NCBI GenBank assembly: GCA_041946805.1
Contig: JBHGBC010000020.1
Span: 1 to 54,033 of the forward strand
Source of the DNA: a bacterium
GTDB taxonomy: Bacteria > Hinthialibacterota > Hinthialibacteria > Hinthialibacterales > Hinthialibacteraceae
Reading direction: 5' to 3'
DNA: 54,033 bases
The notes under the pieces were generated by a model. That model had not been told where the DNA came from. It searched no databases and saw only the letters and a list, made by a program, of their open reading frames with translations. How positions within the stretch are numbered: position 1 is the stretch's first letter; each line of letters starts with the position of its first letter. Below, piece after piece: positions 19,070 to 28,048 of this stretch. Made by a program: the position numbers and the translations under genes.

Positions 19070-20419
19070 TCAAATATGGCGGTAGGGGGCGCGTTCCTCG
19101 CGGTCCAGCAGGCGGTTGGCCTCCGGATCGTCGATGAACATTTCGTTCACCGCGTCCCAGTTCAGTTTCCGCTTGAGATGGCCGCAGATATTGGCCAAGT
19201 GGCACACGCTGACCGAGCGGTGGCCGATTTCCACATCGGTGATGGGGCGCTTGCGGGTTTTCATGCAATCGACCCAGTTCTGCATGTGGTCGTCGCTTTG
19301 GTACAAATGGACGTCGGTCGACTTCAACGGTTCTTTCAAGATGTCCGCGGGCGTGGAGCGGATCTGTCCGCGGGTGACGAAAATCTCGCCCTTGGGCCCC
19401 TTGAAGGTCACGCCGCCCTCGCCCTTACTCTTGAAATACACCTTGATACCGTTGGGGTACTCGAAGGTGAAATCGAAGCTGGTGAACGTATTGAAGAATC
19501 CCGGCCGGACATCGGCCGTGCCTTCGACCGAGAGCGGTCCCGAACCGTCCATCCCCAGGCCCCACTGCATGATATCCAGGTGATGCGCACCCCAGTCGGT
19601 CACCATGCCGCCCGAGTATTCGAAGAACCAGCGGAACTGGACATGACACCGGAGCGGATTGTAGGGAACCTTGGGGGCCGGTCCCAGCCACTTGTCCCAG
19701 TTCAATCCGGGCGGCACCGGCTCGTCGGGCACGCCTTCCCGCTGGGGAGCGCCGCCGACGATGACGTCCACCGACTCGATTTTGCCCAGACGGCCCGAGC
19801 GCACATACTCGCAGGCGGTGCGGAACTTGTCATCCGAGCGCTGCTGGCTGCCGGTCTGGAACACTCGGCCGGTTTCCCGCGCCACGCGGACCAGGTTGCG
19901 CCCCTGGTTCAAAAACAGGCAAAGGGGTTTTTCGCCGTAGACATCCTTGCCGGCGCGCATGGCGTCGATATAGACCTTGGCGTGCCAGTGGTCGGGGACC
20001 GCGGCGAGCACCGCATCGATATCCTGGCGATCCAACAAATGCTCATAATGCTCATAGGGATCCACGGCCATGGGGGGCATGGGGTAGCGTTTCATTTCGC
20101 TGCCCCGGCCCTCGATCCACTGCCGGTCGATGTTCATGTGATCATCGAGGATTTTCAGCGCGTTCATCAGGAATGGATGGTCGAGGTCGGCGATGGCAGC
20201 CACGCGCAGGTTGGGATTGCGCATGGCCCCGTTCAGGAGATCCATGCCGCGCCAGCCGAGGCCGATCACTCCCACCACGATTTTGTCGCTGGGCGCGTCT
20301 TGCCCCAGAACGTGCCGGGGGACGATGGACGGCACGGCCGCTCCCAAGCCCAGCCATAACGCCGAGCCGCCTGAAATTTTAAGGAAATCCCGGCGCGAAG
20401 TTTTGGATTTTTTGATCAT
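19070..20419 (-). CDS. Gfo/Idh/MocA-family oxidoreductase with Tat signal peptide
   Basis: SRRDFLK, VGVIGLGWRG, PDHWH, GKDVYGEKP, GSQQRS, DWGAHHLD. Confidence 0.93.
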   Translation of the reverse strand: MIKKSKTSRRDFLKISGGSALWLGLGAAVPSIVPRHVLGQDAPSDKIVVGVIGLGWRGMDLLNGAMRNPNLRVAAIADLDHPFLMNALKILDDHMNIDRQWIEGRGSEMKRYPMPPMAVDPYEHYEHLLDRQDIDAVLAAVPDHWHAKVYIDAMRAGKDVYGEKPLCLFLNQGRNLVRVARETGRVFQTGSQQRSDDKFRTACEYVRSGRLGKIESVDVIVGGAPQREGVPDEPVPPGLNWDKWLGPAPKVPYNPLRCHVQFRWFFEYSGGMVTDWGAHHLDIMQWGLGMDGSGPLSVEGTADVRPGFFNTFTSFDFTFEYPNGIKVYFKSKGEGGVTFKGPKGEIFVTRGQIRSTPADILKEPLKSTDVHLYQSDDHMQNWVDCMKTRKRPITDVEIGHRSVSVCHLANICGHLKRKLNWDAVNEMFIDDPEANRLLDREERAPYRHI

Positions 20420-20884
20420 TTCCCAATCCTTTCTCGTGTCTTCCTGGCGATGGAGTGGATTTTGTTAAAATCGGGGTATCGTACCATGCCGGAACCCGGA
20501 ATGAAACCGGACGGATCAGAGCGGACGGGGAGTGGATTGCGTCTGAATCAGGATGGTCAGGATTTCCAGGATGAGCGGATGAGCAGGCAGGGCGCTTGAT
20601 GCAAAGCGATCTCCACCAACACAGTTGCCGAATTCCCGCCTGCCAAAATCCCCAAGGGACCAACCTCCTATAGCCCAAAATTACGTCCTGGCGGAATTCC
20701 GGAAAAGTCCTGTAGGGGTGTTTCCTAATTTCGCCAGGGGTAAAATCCCAGGCGACCCCCTGCCGAGGACGTGTTTTTTCCCTCCGGGGCGTCCGCATGC
20801 CGGTTGACCCGGTGAGAACAGAATGTAAAATGGACGGCCAACGGGGATTTGAACATTTCGATGGCCACCGGCGTCTCGTCAGGA

Positions 20885-20913
20885 TTGACGGGACGGGCGG
20901 AAAATAGTATTCT
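20885..20913 (+). promoter_or_regulatory. Putative sigma70 promoter of secE-nusG-rplKA
   Basis: TTGACG-17 bp-TATTCT upstream of secE. Confidence 0.5.
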
Positions 20914-21040
20914 GCTTATTCACCCCAGAGGGGGTTATTTTTTTGTAGAATATAGAGTACGAACGAGAATCCCGCGCCGGCGCCACCGGATCCGGGTGAG
21001 CGGTTCATGAATATCCAAGAAAAAGCAAGGATTGGATGCC

Positions 21041-21289
21041 ATGGGTGAGAGCCTGCTGAAGCGCATCATCGAATCGTTGAAGGGTTCCAAGTTCATACAG
21101 ACCCGAACCGGGGAATTTGTATACGGCGTGTTGACGGAGTTGGATACAGTCACCTGGCCCAGCAAGGAAGAGGTCTATAATTCCACCGTGGTCGTGTTGC
21201 TCACGGTCATGTTTTTTTCCCTGTATAGCGGATTGTGGGATGTGATCATGACCATCGTCCGGAAGTGGTTCTTTGCCTTGTATTCATAA
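21041..21289 (+). CDS. secE: Preprotein translocase subunit SecE
   Basis: ELDTVTWPSKEEV followed by a TM helix; directly upstream of nusG. Confidence 0.9.
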   Translation: MGESLLKRIIESLKGSKFIQTRTGEFVYGVLTELDTVTWPSKEEVYNSTVVVLLTVMFFSLYSGLWDVIMTIVRKWFFALYS

Positions 21290-21321
21290 ATGGAGAGACA
21301 AGTACCGAGCGCTGGGAAGAA

Positions 21322-21867
21322 ATGAGTCGAGCGATCATGGTGAAAAACTGGTACGTCGTACACACCTATTCCGGTTTCGAAAACAAAGTGAAAGAGAACA
21401 TCGAAGCCACCGTGAAGACGGAAGGTCTGACCGATCGCATTTCCCAGATCATCATCCCGACGGAGGAAGTAGTCGAAATCCGGGATGGGAAGAAGAGTTA
21501 TTCGACGCAAAAAATCTTTCCGGGTTACATCATCATCGAAATGGAGTACGATGAGGATACCTGGTCGCTGATCAAAAACACCCCGGGGGTGACGGGATTT
21601 GTGGGCACGGGGCGCCATCCGTTGCCCCTATCGCCGGAAGAGGTAGACAATATCAAGGCTCACATGAGCGCCACGGAAGACCGGCCCCGTCCCAAGGTGG
21701 TCTTCGAAGTCGGGGAGCAGCTGAAGGTCATCGAGGGTCCCTTTTACAATTTCACTGGCTATGTCGCGGAGATCAACGAGGAGCGCGGGCGGTTGAAGGT
21801 GATGGTGGATATTTTGGGACGGTCGACCCCGGTGGAGCTCGATTTTCTGCAAGTCGAAAAAATATAG
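21322..21867 (+). CDS. nusG: Transcription termination/antitermination factor NusG
   Basis: WYVVHTYSGFENKV, FPGYII, TPGVTGFVG, KOW motif VIEGPF, GRSTPVELDF. Confidence 0.97.
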   Translation: MSRAIMVKNWYVVHTYSGFENKVKENIEATVKTEGLTDRISQIIIPTEEVVEIRDGKKSYSTQKIFPGYIIIEMEYDEDTWSLIKNTPGVTGFVGTGRHPLPLSPEEVDNIKAHMSATEDRPRPKVVFEVGEQLKVIEGPFYNFTGYVAEINEERGRLKVMVDILGRSTPVELDFLQVEKI

Positions 21868-21930
21868 GAAGTAATCACTCAGTCAAGGCGATGGTTGGTT
21901 GTTCGATTCGCTGTGAGGAGAGAGAATGCC

Positions 21931-22359
21931 ATGCCTCCCAAGAAAATGATCGCCCAAGTCAAGTTGCAGTGTCCCGCCGGCCAGGCGAATCCCGCGCCGC
22001 CCGTGGGTCCCGCCCTCGGCCAGCACGGCATCAACATCATGGACTTCTGCAAGCAATTCAACGAGCGGACGAAGGACCAGATGGGCATGATCATCCCTGT
22101 GATCATCACCGTCTTCCAGGACCGTTCGTTCACCTTCATCACCAAATCGCCCCCGGCGGCCGTGTTGCTCAAGAAGGCGGCGAAGCTGGCCAAGGGATCC
22201 GGCGTGCCGCACCGCGATAAGGTCGGCAAGGTGACGCGGGCCCAGCTGGAAGAAATCGCCAAGATCAAGATGGAAGATTTGAACGCTTTCAGCGTGGAAA
22301 AAGCCGTCAGCATGATCGCCGGCACGGCGCGATCCATGGGAATCGAGGTTGCAGACTAA
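21931..22359 (+). CDS. rplK: 50S ribosomal protein L11
   Basis: [24 protein letters not shown]. Confidence 0.98.
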   Translation: MPPKKMIAQVKLQCPAGQANPAPPVGPALGQHGINIMDFCKQFNERTKDQMGMIIPVIITVFQDRSFTFITKSPPAAVLLKKAAKLAKGSGVPHRDKVGKVTRAQLEEIAKIKMEDLNAFSVEKAVSMIAGTARSMGIEVAD

Positions 22360-23066
22360 TGCCTACACGCGGAAAACGGTATCGCAAAGTAGTGGAAGGC
22401 TTGAACCGGGAAGCCGTCACCCTGGAAGAAGCCGTCAAGCAGATCAAGACGATCGCCACCGCCAAGTTCGACGAAACCGTGGAGTTGATCGCCAATCTGG
22501 GGATCGATCCCAAAAAGGCCGACCAGCAGGTCCGCGGCACCGTCTCGTTGCCCAACGGCACGGGGAAATCGGTGCGGGTGGCGGTGTTCGCCGAGGGGGA
22601 ACAAGCCACCGCCGCCAAGGAAGCGGGTGCGGAAGTGGTGGGCAGCGACGATCTCGTGCAGAAGATCACCGAAGGTTTTTTGGATTTCGATGTGGTGATC
22701 GCCGCGCCGGACATGATGCGGCACGTCGGGAAGCTCGGGAAGGTCCTGGGGCCCCGGGGTCTCATGCCCAACCCCAAAACCGGCACCGTGACCAACGAAA
22801 TCGCCAAGACGGTGAAGGAATTCAAGGCGGGAAAAATCGAGTTCCGGGCCGACAAGGCGGGCGGCATCCATGTGCCGGTGGGCAAGGCTTCGTTCACCGA
22901 CTACCAGCTGCAGGGCAATATCCAGACGGTCATCGCCGCCTTGCTGCGCGCCAAGCCCACCACGGCCAAGGGCACGTACATGAAAAGCGTCTACCTGACC
23001 ACGACGATGGGCCCCAGCCTCCGCCTGGATCCCAATTCCCTGCGTGAAGTGGCGCGCGCGGCCTAA
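22359..23066 (+). CDS. rplA: 50S ribosomal protein L1
   Basis: AKFDETVE, LGPRGLMPNPKTGTVT, TTMGP. Confidence 0.98.
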   Translation: MPTRGKRYRKVVEGLNREAVTLEEAVKQIKTIATAKFDETVELIANLGIDPKKADQQVRGTVSLPNGTGKSVRVAVFAEGEQATAAKEAGAEVVGSDDLVQKITEGFLDFDVVIAAPDMMRHVGKLGKVLGPRGLMPNPKTGTVTNEIAKTVKEFKAGKIEFRADKAGGIHVPVGKASFTDYQLQGNIQTVIAALLRAKPTTAKGTYMKSVYLTTTMGPSLRLDPNSLREVARAA

Positions 23067-23141
23067 GGAGAAGCACGCGGCCGTGTTGCTCCGCGGCCGT
23101 CGAACGAAATACTGTTTATAGCCAAGCAGTCCGTTCGCGTA

Positions 23142-23191
23142 TCAATCGAAGACCGCAGGTTCCTTGGGGTAAAATGTCCTGCCGAGATTGA
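23142..23191 (+). promoter_or_regulatory. L10 leader (rplJ autoregulatory RNA)
   Basis: TCAATC-GAAGAC-CGCAGG...CCTGC-CGA-GATTGA matches the L10-leader pattern, in the expected position after rplA. Confidence 0.75.
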
Positions 23192-23264
23192 CGCCGGATT
23201 CCACCGTTCCGCATGCAACGCCCCGTTCCCGGTCTTCCGGGCGGGGACGCGGCCGTGTGTGATC

Positions 23265-23298
23265 AGGTCCAATCTCGCTTCGGGATTGGGCCTTTTTT
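23265..23298 (+). terminator. Attenuator/terminator downstream of the L10 leader
   Basis: AGGTCCAATCTC-gcttc-GGGATTGGGCCT followed by a T-run. Confidence 0.7.
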
Positions 23299-23350
23299 GA
23301 TGCCCGGAGCCATCTGCGGAATTCCTTGAACTGGACAATCGACACGATCC

Positions 23351-24010
23351 ATGCAGACCGTCTACTTCGTCCGGCACGGCCAGACCGAATACAACCTGCA
23401 GCGCCGGCTGCAAGGCTGGAACGACTCCCCGCTCTCCACCCATGGAATCGCCCAGGCGCGGATTCTGGCCCGGGCGCTGGCGCCCTTGGGGATTCAATCG
23501 GCCCTGGTCAGCCCCCTCGGCCGGGCGCGGCAGACCGCGGCCATCATTCACGAAACGGCCGGCATCCCCCTGGAGTCCACACCGGCCTTGCGGGAGGTGT
23601 CGTTCGGGGCGTTCGAGGGCAACACGCTCGACGAGTTGGAAATTCATTTCCCGGGACTGTGGGCGGCGCGGATGGCGGACAAGTGGAATTACCGGCCTCC
23701 CCTTGGTGAGTCGAACGCTGATGCGGTTCCCCGGGCGCGTGAGGTGGCGCGCTGGATCGAGACTCACGCGAACGGCGGCCCCCGGTTGATCATCGCCCAT
23801 TTCGCCATCAACCGGATCATCCTGTCGTTGCTGGCGGATATTCCACCCCAGGAGACGATCGAGATGAACGTCCCGCACACGGTGATCTATAGGGCCCAAA
23901 AGCAGGATGGAACCTGGCGGCTCAGCCACCGGGACGCGGAAGCCTCCCAGGGTGATTTTCAATCCGGCTGGATCCGGCAAAACGATCCCGCCAAGCCCAT
24001 GGGGGGATAG
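23351..24010 (+). CDS. Histidine phosphatase (phosphoglycerate mutase superfamily) protein
   Basis: FVRHGQTEYN, SPLGRARQTA, LREVSFGAFEG, GES, IIAH. Confidence 0.92.
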   Translation: MQTVYFVRHGQTEYNLQRRLQGWNDSPLSTHGIAQARILARALAPLGIQSALVSPLGRARQTAAIIHETAGIPLESTPALREVSFGAFEGNTLDELEIHFPGLWAARMADKWNYRPPLGESNADAVPRAREVARWIETHANGGPRLIIAHFAINRIILSLLADIPPQETIEMNVPHTVIYRAQKQDGTWRLSHRDAEASQGDFQSGWIRQNDPAKPMGG

Positions 24011-24131
24011 ACTTGCGGAAATAGTGATTCCTTCTCTCTCCCAAGACGGGAGGGGATTTTGAGGGTCATACTCGTCAATTGACTCGAGGCGGTGTTTTTA
24101 GGGAAAGAGGTATATGGATCCAAAAGGTTTT

Positions 24132-24165
24132 CCCTCACCCTAGCCCTCACCCAGAGGGAGAGGGG
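24132..24165. repeat. CCCTCACCC...CCCTCTCCC/GGGAGAGGG palindromic repeat unit
   Basis: Same unit seen at ~7522, ~7680, ~11308 (half), ~14947, ~25421, ~41257 and ~44008. Confidence 0.75.
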
Positions 24166-24278
24166 ATTGGGGTGGATCTAGCCGGCCAAACCGATTGGAC
24201 ACGAATTGGATTATATGGGAAAAAGAAACCACGGATCTGATGAACCATAGACCCGAAACGCGAAGGAGGTGAGACGAT

Positions 24279-24809
24279 ATGCCATTACGGCGGGAAGACA
24301 AACAAAAGATGGTGGAGGAGTTCAAGTCCCTGGTGGACGGTTCCTCCGGCTTCCTGGTCTTCGATTACCGCGGCCTGACCGTGGGACAGATTTCCACCCT
24401 GCGCCGCAAGGTGCGCGAATCGAAAAGCACCCTGCGGATCATCCGCAACCGCATGTTGAAGCTGGCGGTTTCCGATAAACCATACTCGGAAATCCAGCAA
24501 ATCCTGACGGGGCCCAGCGCGGTGATATTCTCAGGCCCGGATCCGGTGGCCCCGGCCAAGGTGCTGGTGGATTTCGCCAAGGATCACGAGCTCGTCAAGA
24601 TCAAGGGCGGCGTGGTCAACGACCGGTTCATGAACGCCGGCCAGGTGGAGCTGTTGTCCAAGGTTCCGCCGCTGGAACACCTGCGGGCCAAGATTCTGGG
24701 CGGCATCAAGGCCCCGGCCAGCAACGTTCTGGGCGGGATCAAGGGCCTCTCCAACAAGCTGCACGGGCTGATGAAAGCCTACGTGGAAAAGTTGGAACAG
24801 GCGGCGTAA
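24279..24809 (+). CDS. rplJ: 50S ribosomal protein L10
   Basis: DYRGLTVGQISTLR, IRNRML, LTGPSA; AAGGAGGT RBS. Confidence 0.96.
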   Translation: MPLRREDKQKMVEEFKSLVDGSSGFLVFDYRGLTVGQISTLRRKVRESKSTLRIIRNRMLKLAVSDKPYSEIQQILTGPSAVIFSGPDPVAPAKVLVDFAKDHELVKIKGGVVNDRFMNAGQVELLSKVPPLEHLRAKILGGIKAPASNVLGGIKGLSNKLHGLMKAYVEKLEQAA

Positions 24810-24881
24810 GCCAATATTCATACCCAAGCGGATACTACGAATACAACGATTCATTGATAAAACCCAAAGGAGAAGTGACTC

Positions 24882-25274
24882 ATGGCCAGCGAGAAAATCG
24901 AGAAAATATTGGAAGAAATCGGCGGGCTGACCCTGCTGGAAGCCAAGGAACTGGCGGACGCGTTCGAGGAGAAATTCGGCGTGACGGCGGCCATGCCCAT
25001 GGCCGGCTTTCCCATGATGGCGGGCGGACCCGGTGAAGGCGCCGCGGCGGCCGTCGAGGAAAAGACCGAATTCGACGTGATCCTCGCCAGCGCGGGCTCC
25101 CAAAAGATCAAGGTAATCAAGGTGGTGCGCGAGCTGACCAACCTCGGCCTGAAGGAAGCCAAGGACCTGGTGGACAACGCTCCCAAGCCGGTCAAGGAAG
25201 CCGTCAGCAAGGAAGAAGCCGAGAGCGTCAAGGCGAAGCTCGAGGAAGTCGGCGCCACGATCGAAATCAAGTAA
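24882..25274 (+). CDS. rplL: 50S ribosomal protein L7/L12
   Basis: [30 protein letters not shown]. Confidence 0.98.
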   Translation: MASEKIEKILEEIGGLTLLEAKELADAFEEKFGVTAAMPMAGFPMMAGGPGEGAAAAVEEKTEFDVILASAGSQKIKVIKVVRELTNLGLKEAKDLVDNAPKPVKEAVSKEEAESVKAKLEEVGATIEIK

Positions 25275-25306
25275 GAAATCAAATCAGTCGTCTTCGTGTC
25301 TTCGCG

Positions 25307-25338
25307 AAAAAGCGGGATCGGGAGATCCCGCTTTTTTT
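25307..25338 (+). terminator. Intrinsic terminator after rplL
   Basis: AAAAAGCGGGATC-ggga-GATCCCGCTTTTTTT. Confidence 0.9.
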
Positions 25339-25510
25339 ATTTGGTAACTATTTTCCCGAATGCAGAACTTTCTCAGTGCTTGATTCGTGGTATGAATATG
25401 GATGGGAACACTAAACGATTCCCTCTCCCTCTGGAAGAGGGTCAGGGTGAGGGAAGCCCTGAAAGGGCGAGAGGCATCCTTTCTCCGCAATCAAGTAAAG
25501 AGTTGCCTTA

Positions 25511-26486
25511 TTAGTACAGTTCCCAATAACCCCCATCGATCGCACTCGTACCCTCCAACCCCAGGATTTGATATTTCACCAACCAATATTTTGATAGAAA
25601 TCCAAACCACTCGATCCGGTAATACTCTTTCCCATAAAATCGCGATTGTTCGTGCTGAAAATCCGGATTGAAATAACCATCATCCAGATCCGGTGGTTGT
25701 CCCATCTCGACCGTTTCCAGATAACATTCCGGCAAGAATGGAGCAAAATGAATGATGGCGGTTTTGTATTTTTGTTGGGTTTTATAAATGATATACGCCC
25801 GCGCCCCGGCGGCGGGAATGAAGGAGACATCCGACACGCGATCATTGGGGAAAGATAAAAAAACAATATTCGGCGGATTCCCCTTTTTCGGCTAATTCGT
25901 CTTTGTTGAAGATACCATATACCTTTTTCCCGACGAAAATCACCCATTCATCGTGGATGTACATGTCGGTGAATGTCTCGTTCGCCAGCGTTGTCGGGAA
26001 TACGAACGGTTGTCCCGCTACTCGGATTTCGCCTGAATCACGGGGCGGAGGTTGATAACCGGGAAAACGACCTAGGTAGTCACCTTGCAATGTGCATTGG
26101 TAAGAATAATTCTCAACATCTGGAAAATCGATCGTATTTTCTATACGTTCGATGTCTCTTGTAAGGTGAGGAAACTCTTCGATGAAAGGGCTGTCGATTA
26201 CCGTATAGAATTGATGTATCACTTTTTTTACGCCATTGTTTAGGTCCATCATGTACAAAACATAGCCGAATTTAAATTGATGAGCGTATCCGAATTGTTC
26301 GATATAAAACGCTTTATCTCCCTCTATACGATACGAAACAATTCCTCGTTGATCAGGAAAAACACCCGTATCGTAAATGCGTTGGCGGATGAAATGAATA
26401 TCCGCCGCCGCCCCTTCCGTGAATGCCAAACCGATGAATATCCCCAAAACCAGCCGTAAAAATGTCCGCATCATCCATACCCCCAT
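25511..26486 (-). pseudogene. Low-GC secreted protein gene split by a single frameshift
   Basis: Signal-peptide ORF 26486-25842 and ORF 25837-25511 join if one base is removed near the A5G4 run (plus strand 25880-25888), giving ...ELAEKGNPPNIVFLSFPNDRVSDVSF... Confidence 0.55.
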
Positions 26487-26516
26487 TATTTAAGGGGTAA
26501 TATATCGTGTAAATAT

Positions 26517-26855
26517 TTATTTAACTACTGTATTTTCTCCCCTCCCCATTTTGACCATTTCCTCGATCTCCTGGCGGATGCAAGCGCAGGCGATGTCGCA
26601 GATCTTCAGCACCATCTCGCTGCTCACCCGGTAGTACATCTTCGTCCCTTCCCGCCGGCAGGTGACCAACCCCGCCTTGGCCAGGGCCACCAGGTTGGCG
26701 GACGCGGTGCCGTGCTTCATCCCGGTCAATTCAGCGATCTCCCCCACCGTCAATTCGTGCTCTTTCAGCAGTTGCAGGATCATGAGGCGGGCGGGTTCGG
26801 CCATGGCTTTGAACCGCATCGCCATGAGCCGGTACATTTCCTCGTTCATCAACAT
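26517..26855 (-). CDS. ArsR/SmtB-family transcriptional regulator
   Basis: RFKAMAEPARLMILQLL, ELTVGEIA, GLVTCRREG..MYYR; Cys-rich C-terminal helix KICDIACAC. Confidence 0.9.
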   Translation of the reverse strand: MLMNEEMYRLMAMRFKAMAEPARLMILQLLKEHELTVGEIAELTGMKHGTASANLVALAKAGLVTCRREGTKMYYRVSSEMVLKICDIACACIRQEIEEMVKMGRGENTVVK

Positions 26856-26980
26856 GTTTTTCTCTTTTTCGTTGAATCGGATAAAATAGGGCAATTACTC
26901 TTGCGTTTTTCGTTATACTATTGTACAATAGCATAATAGAAAATTAAATAGTCTATTTTCATCGCCAAGAGGATGATCCC

Positions 26981-28045
26981 ATGAAACTGGTCCTCAATCT
27001 CCTCATCATCATCGGAGGGCTGGCGGTCCTCGTGGGGCTGTTGCTCTGGATGCAAGGCTCGTTCACGCCGGACCGGATTGAACCGCGGCTGTTGCCCGAA
27101 GTGAAGGCGGAGGCCGCCCCGGTTCAAACGGTGACCGCGGCGTACCGCGCCATGGACCAAACCGCCGAGGCGGTCGGCTCCATCCAATCGCGCAGCACCA
27201 CGAACGTGGCGGGCAAGATCCTCGCCACCATTCTGACCCTCAACGTCCGTCCCGGCGATACAGTGAAAAAGGGCGACCTGCTGATCACCCTGGACGACCG
27301 CGACCTGCGCGCCCGGATGCAACAATCCCGCAACGCCCTCGAGGCGGCCAAGGCCACCCATGACAAGGCTATGCGCGACCGCCAGCGGTATGAATCCCTC
27401 CTGAAAAACCAATCCGTCACCCAAAACGCGTATGATGAAATGGTCAGCGCCGAACGGATCGCCCAGGCGCGGCTGGAACAAGCGCAGGAGCAGGTAAACG
27501 AGGCCGAGGTCATGCTCTCCTACGCGAAGATCTACGCGCCGGTGGACGGAACCGTCATCGAAAAATTCAGCGATCCCGGCGACCTGGCCTCGCCCGGCAA
27601 GCCGCTCTTGACCATGTACGATCCGAACAATCTGCGGGTGGAGGCGGCGGTCCGCGAGCAGTTGTCGGGCCGGCTCAAGATCGGCCAGAAGGTAAACGTG
27701 CGCATCGACGCGGTCAACCGGGAGATGCAGGGAACCGTGAATGAAATCGTGCCGTCCGCCGATCCGGCCAGCCGGTCGGTAACCGTCAAGGTCGAGATCC
27801 CCCTCGAGCCGGGCATCTTCCCGGGCATGTACGGCCGGATTGAGATTCCCCTCGATCCCGTAAGATATCTGGTGATTCCCCGCTCCGCCATCCGCGCCGT
27901 GGGCCAATTGGAACTGATCACGGTGAAGCAGGACGGCCAACTCGAAACCCGCGCGGTGCGCACCGGGCGGCGGTGGAACGGGGACATCGAGATCCTATCC
28001 GGCCTTTCCGAAGGCGAACAAGTGGTTACGGCAACGGGAGCCTGA
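26981..28045 (+). CDS. RND efflux periplasmic adaptor (membrane fusion protein)
   Basis: N-terminal anchor, VRPGDTVKKGDLL, coiled coil, IYAPVDGTV, IEILSGLSEGE. Confidence 0.92.
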   Translation: MKLVLNLLIIIGGLAVLVGLLLWMQGSFTPDRIEPRLLPEVKAEAAPVQTVTAAYRAMDQTAEAVGSIQSRSTTNVAGKILATILTLNVRPGDTVKKGDLLITLDDRDLRARMQQSRNALEAAKATHDKAMRDRQRYESLLKNQSVTQNAYDEMVSAERIAQARLEQAQEQVNEAEVMLSYAKIYAPVDGTVIEKFSDPGDLASPGKPLLTMYDPNNLRVEAAVREQLSGRLKIGQKVNVRIDAVNREMQGTVNEIVPSADPASRSVTVKVEIPLEPGIFPGMYGRIEIPLDPVRYLVIPRSAIRAVGQLELITVKQDGQLETRAVRTGRRWNGDIEILSGLSEGEQVVTATGA

Positions 28046-28048
28046 GGC

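Noticed and set aside
25842..25844. Selenocysteine or stop readthrough at this TGA
   Set aside because: The same frame closes again shortly after; the plausible continuation is in a different frame, so a frameshift fits better
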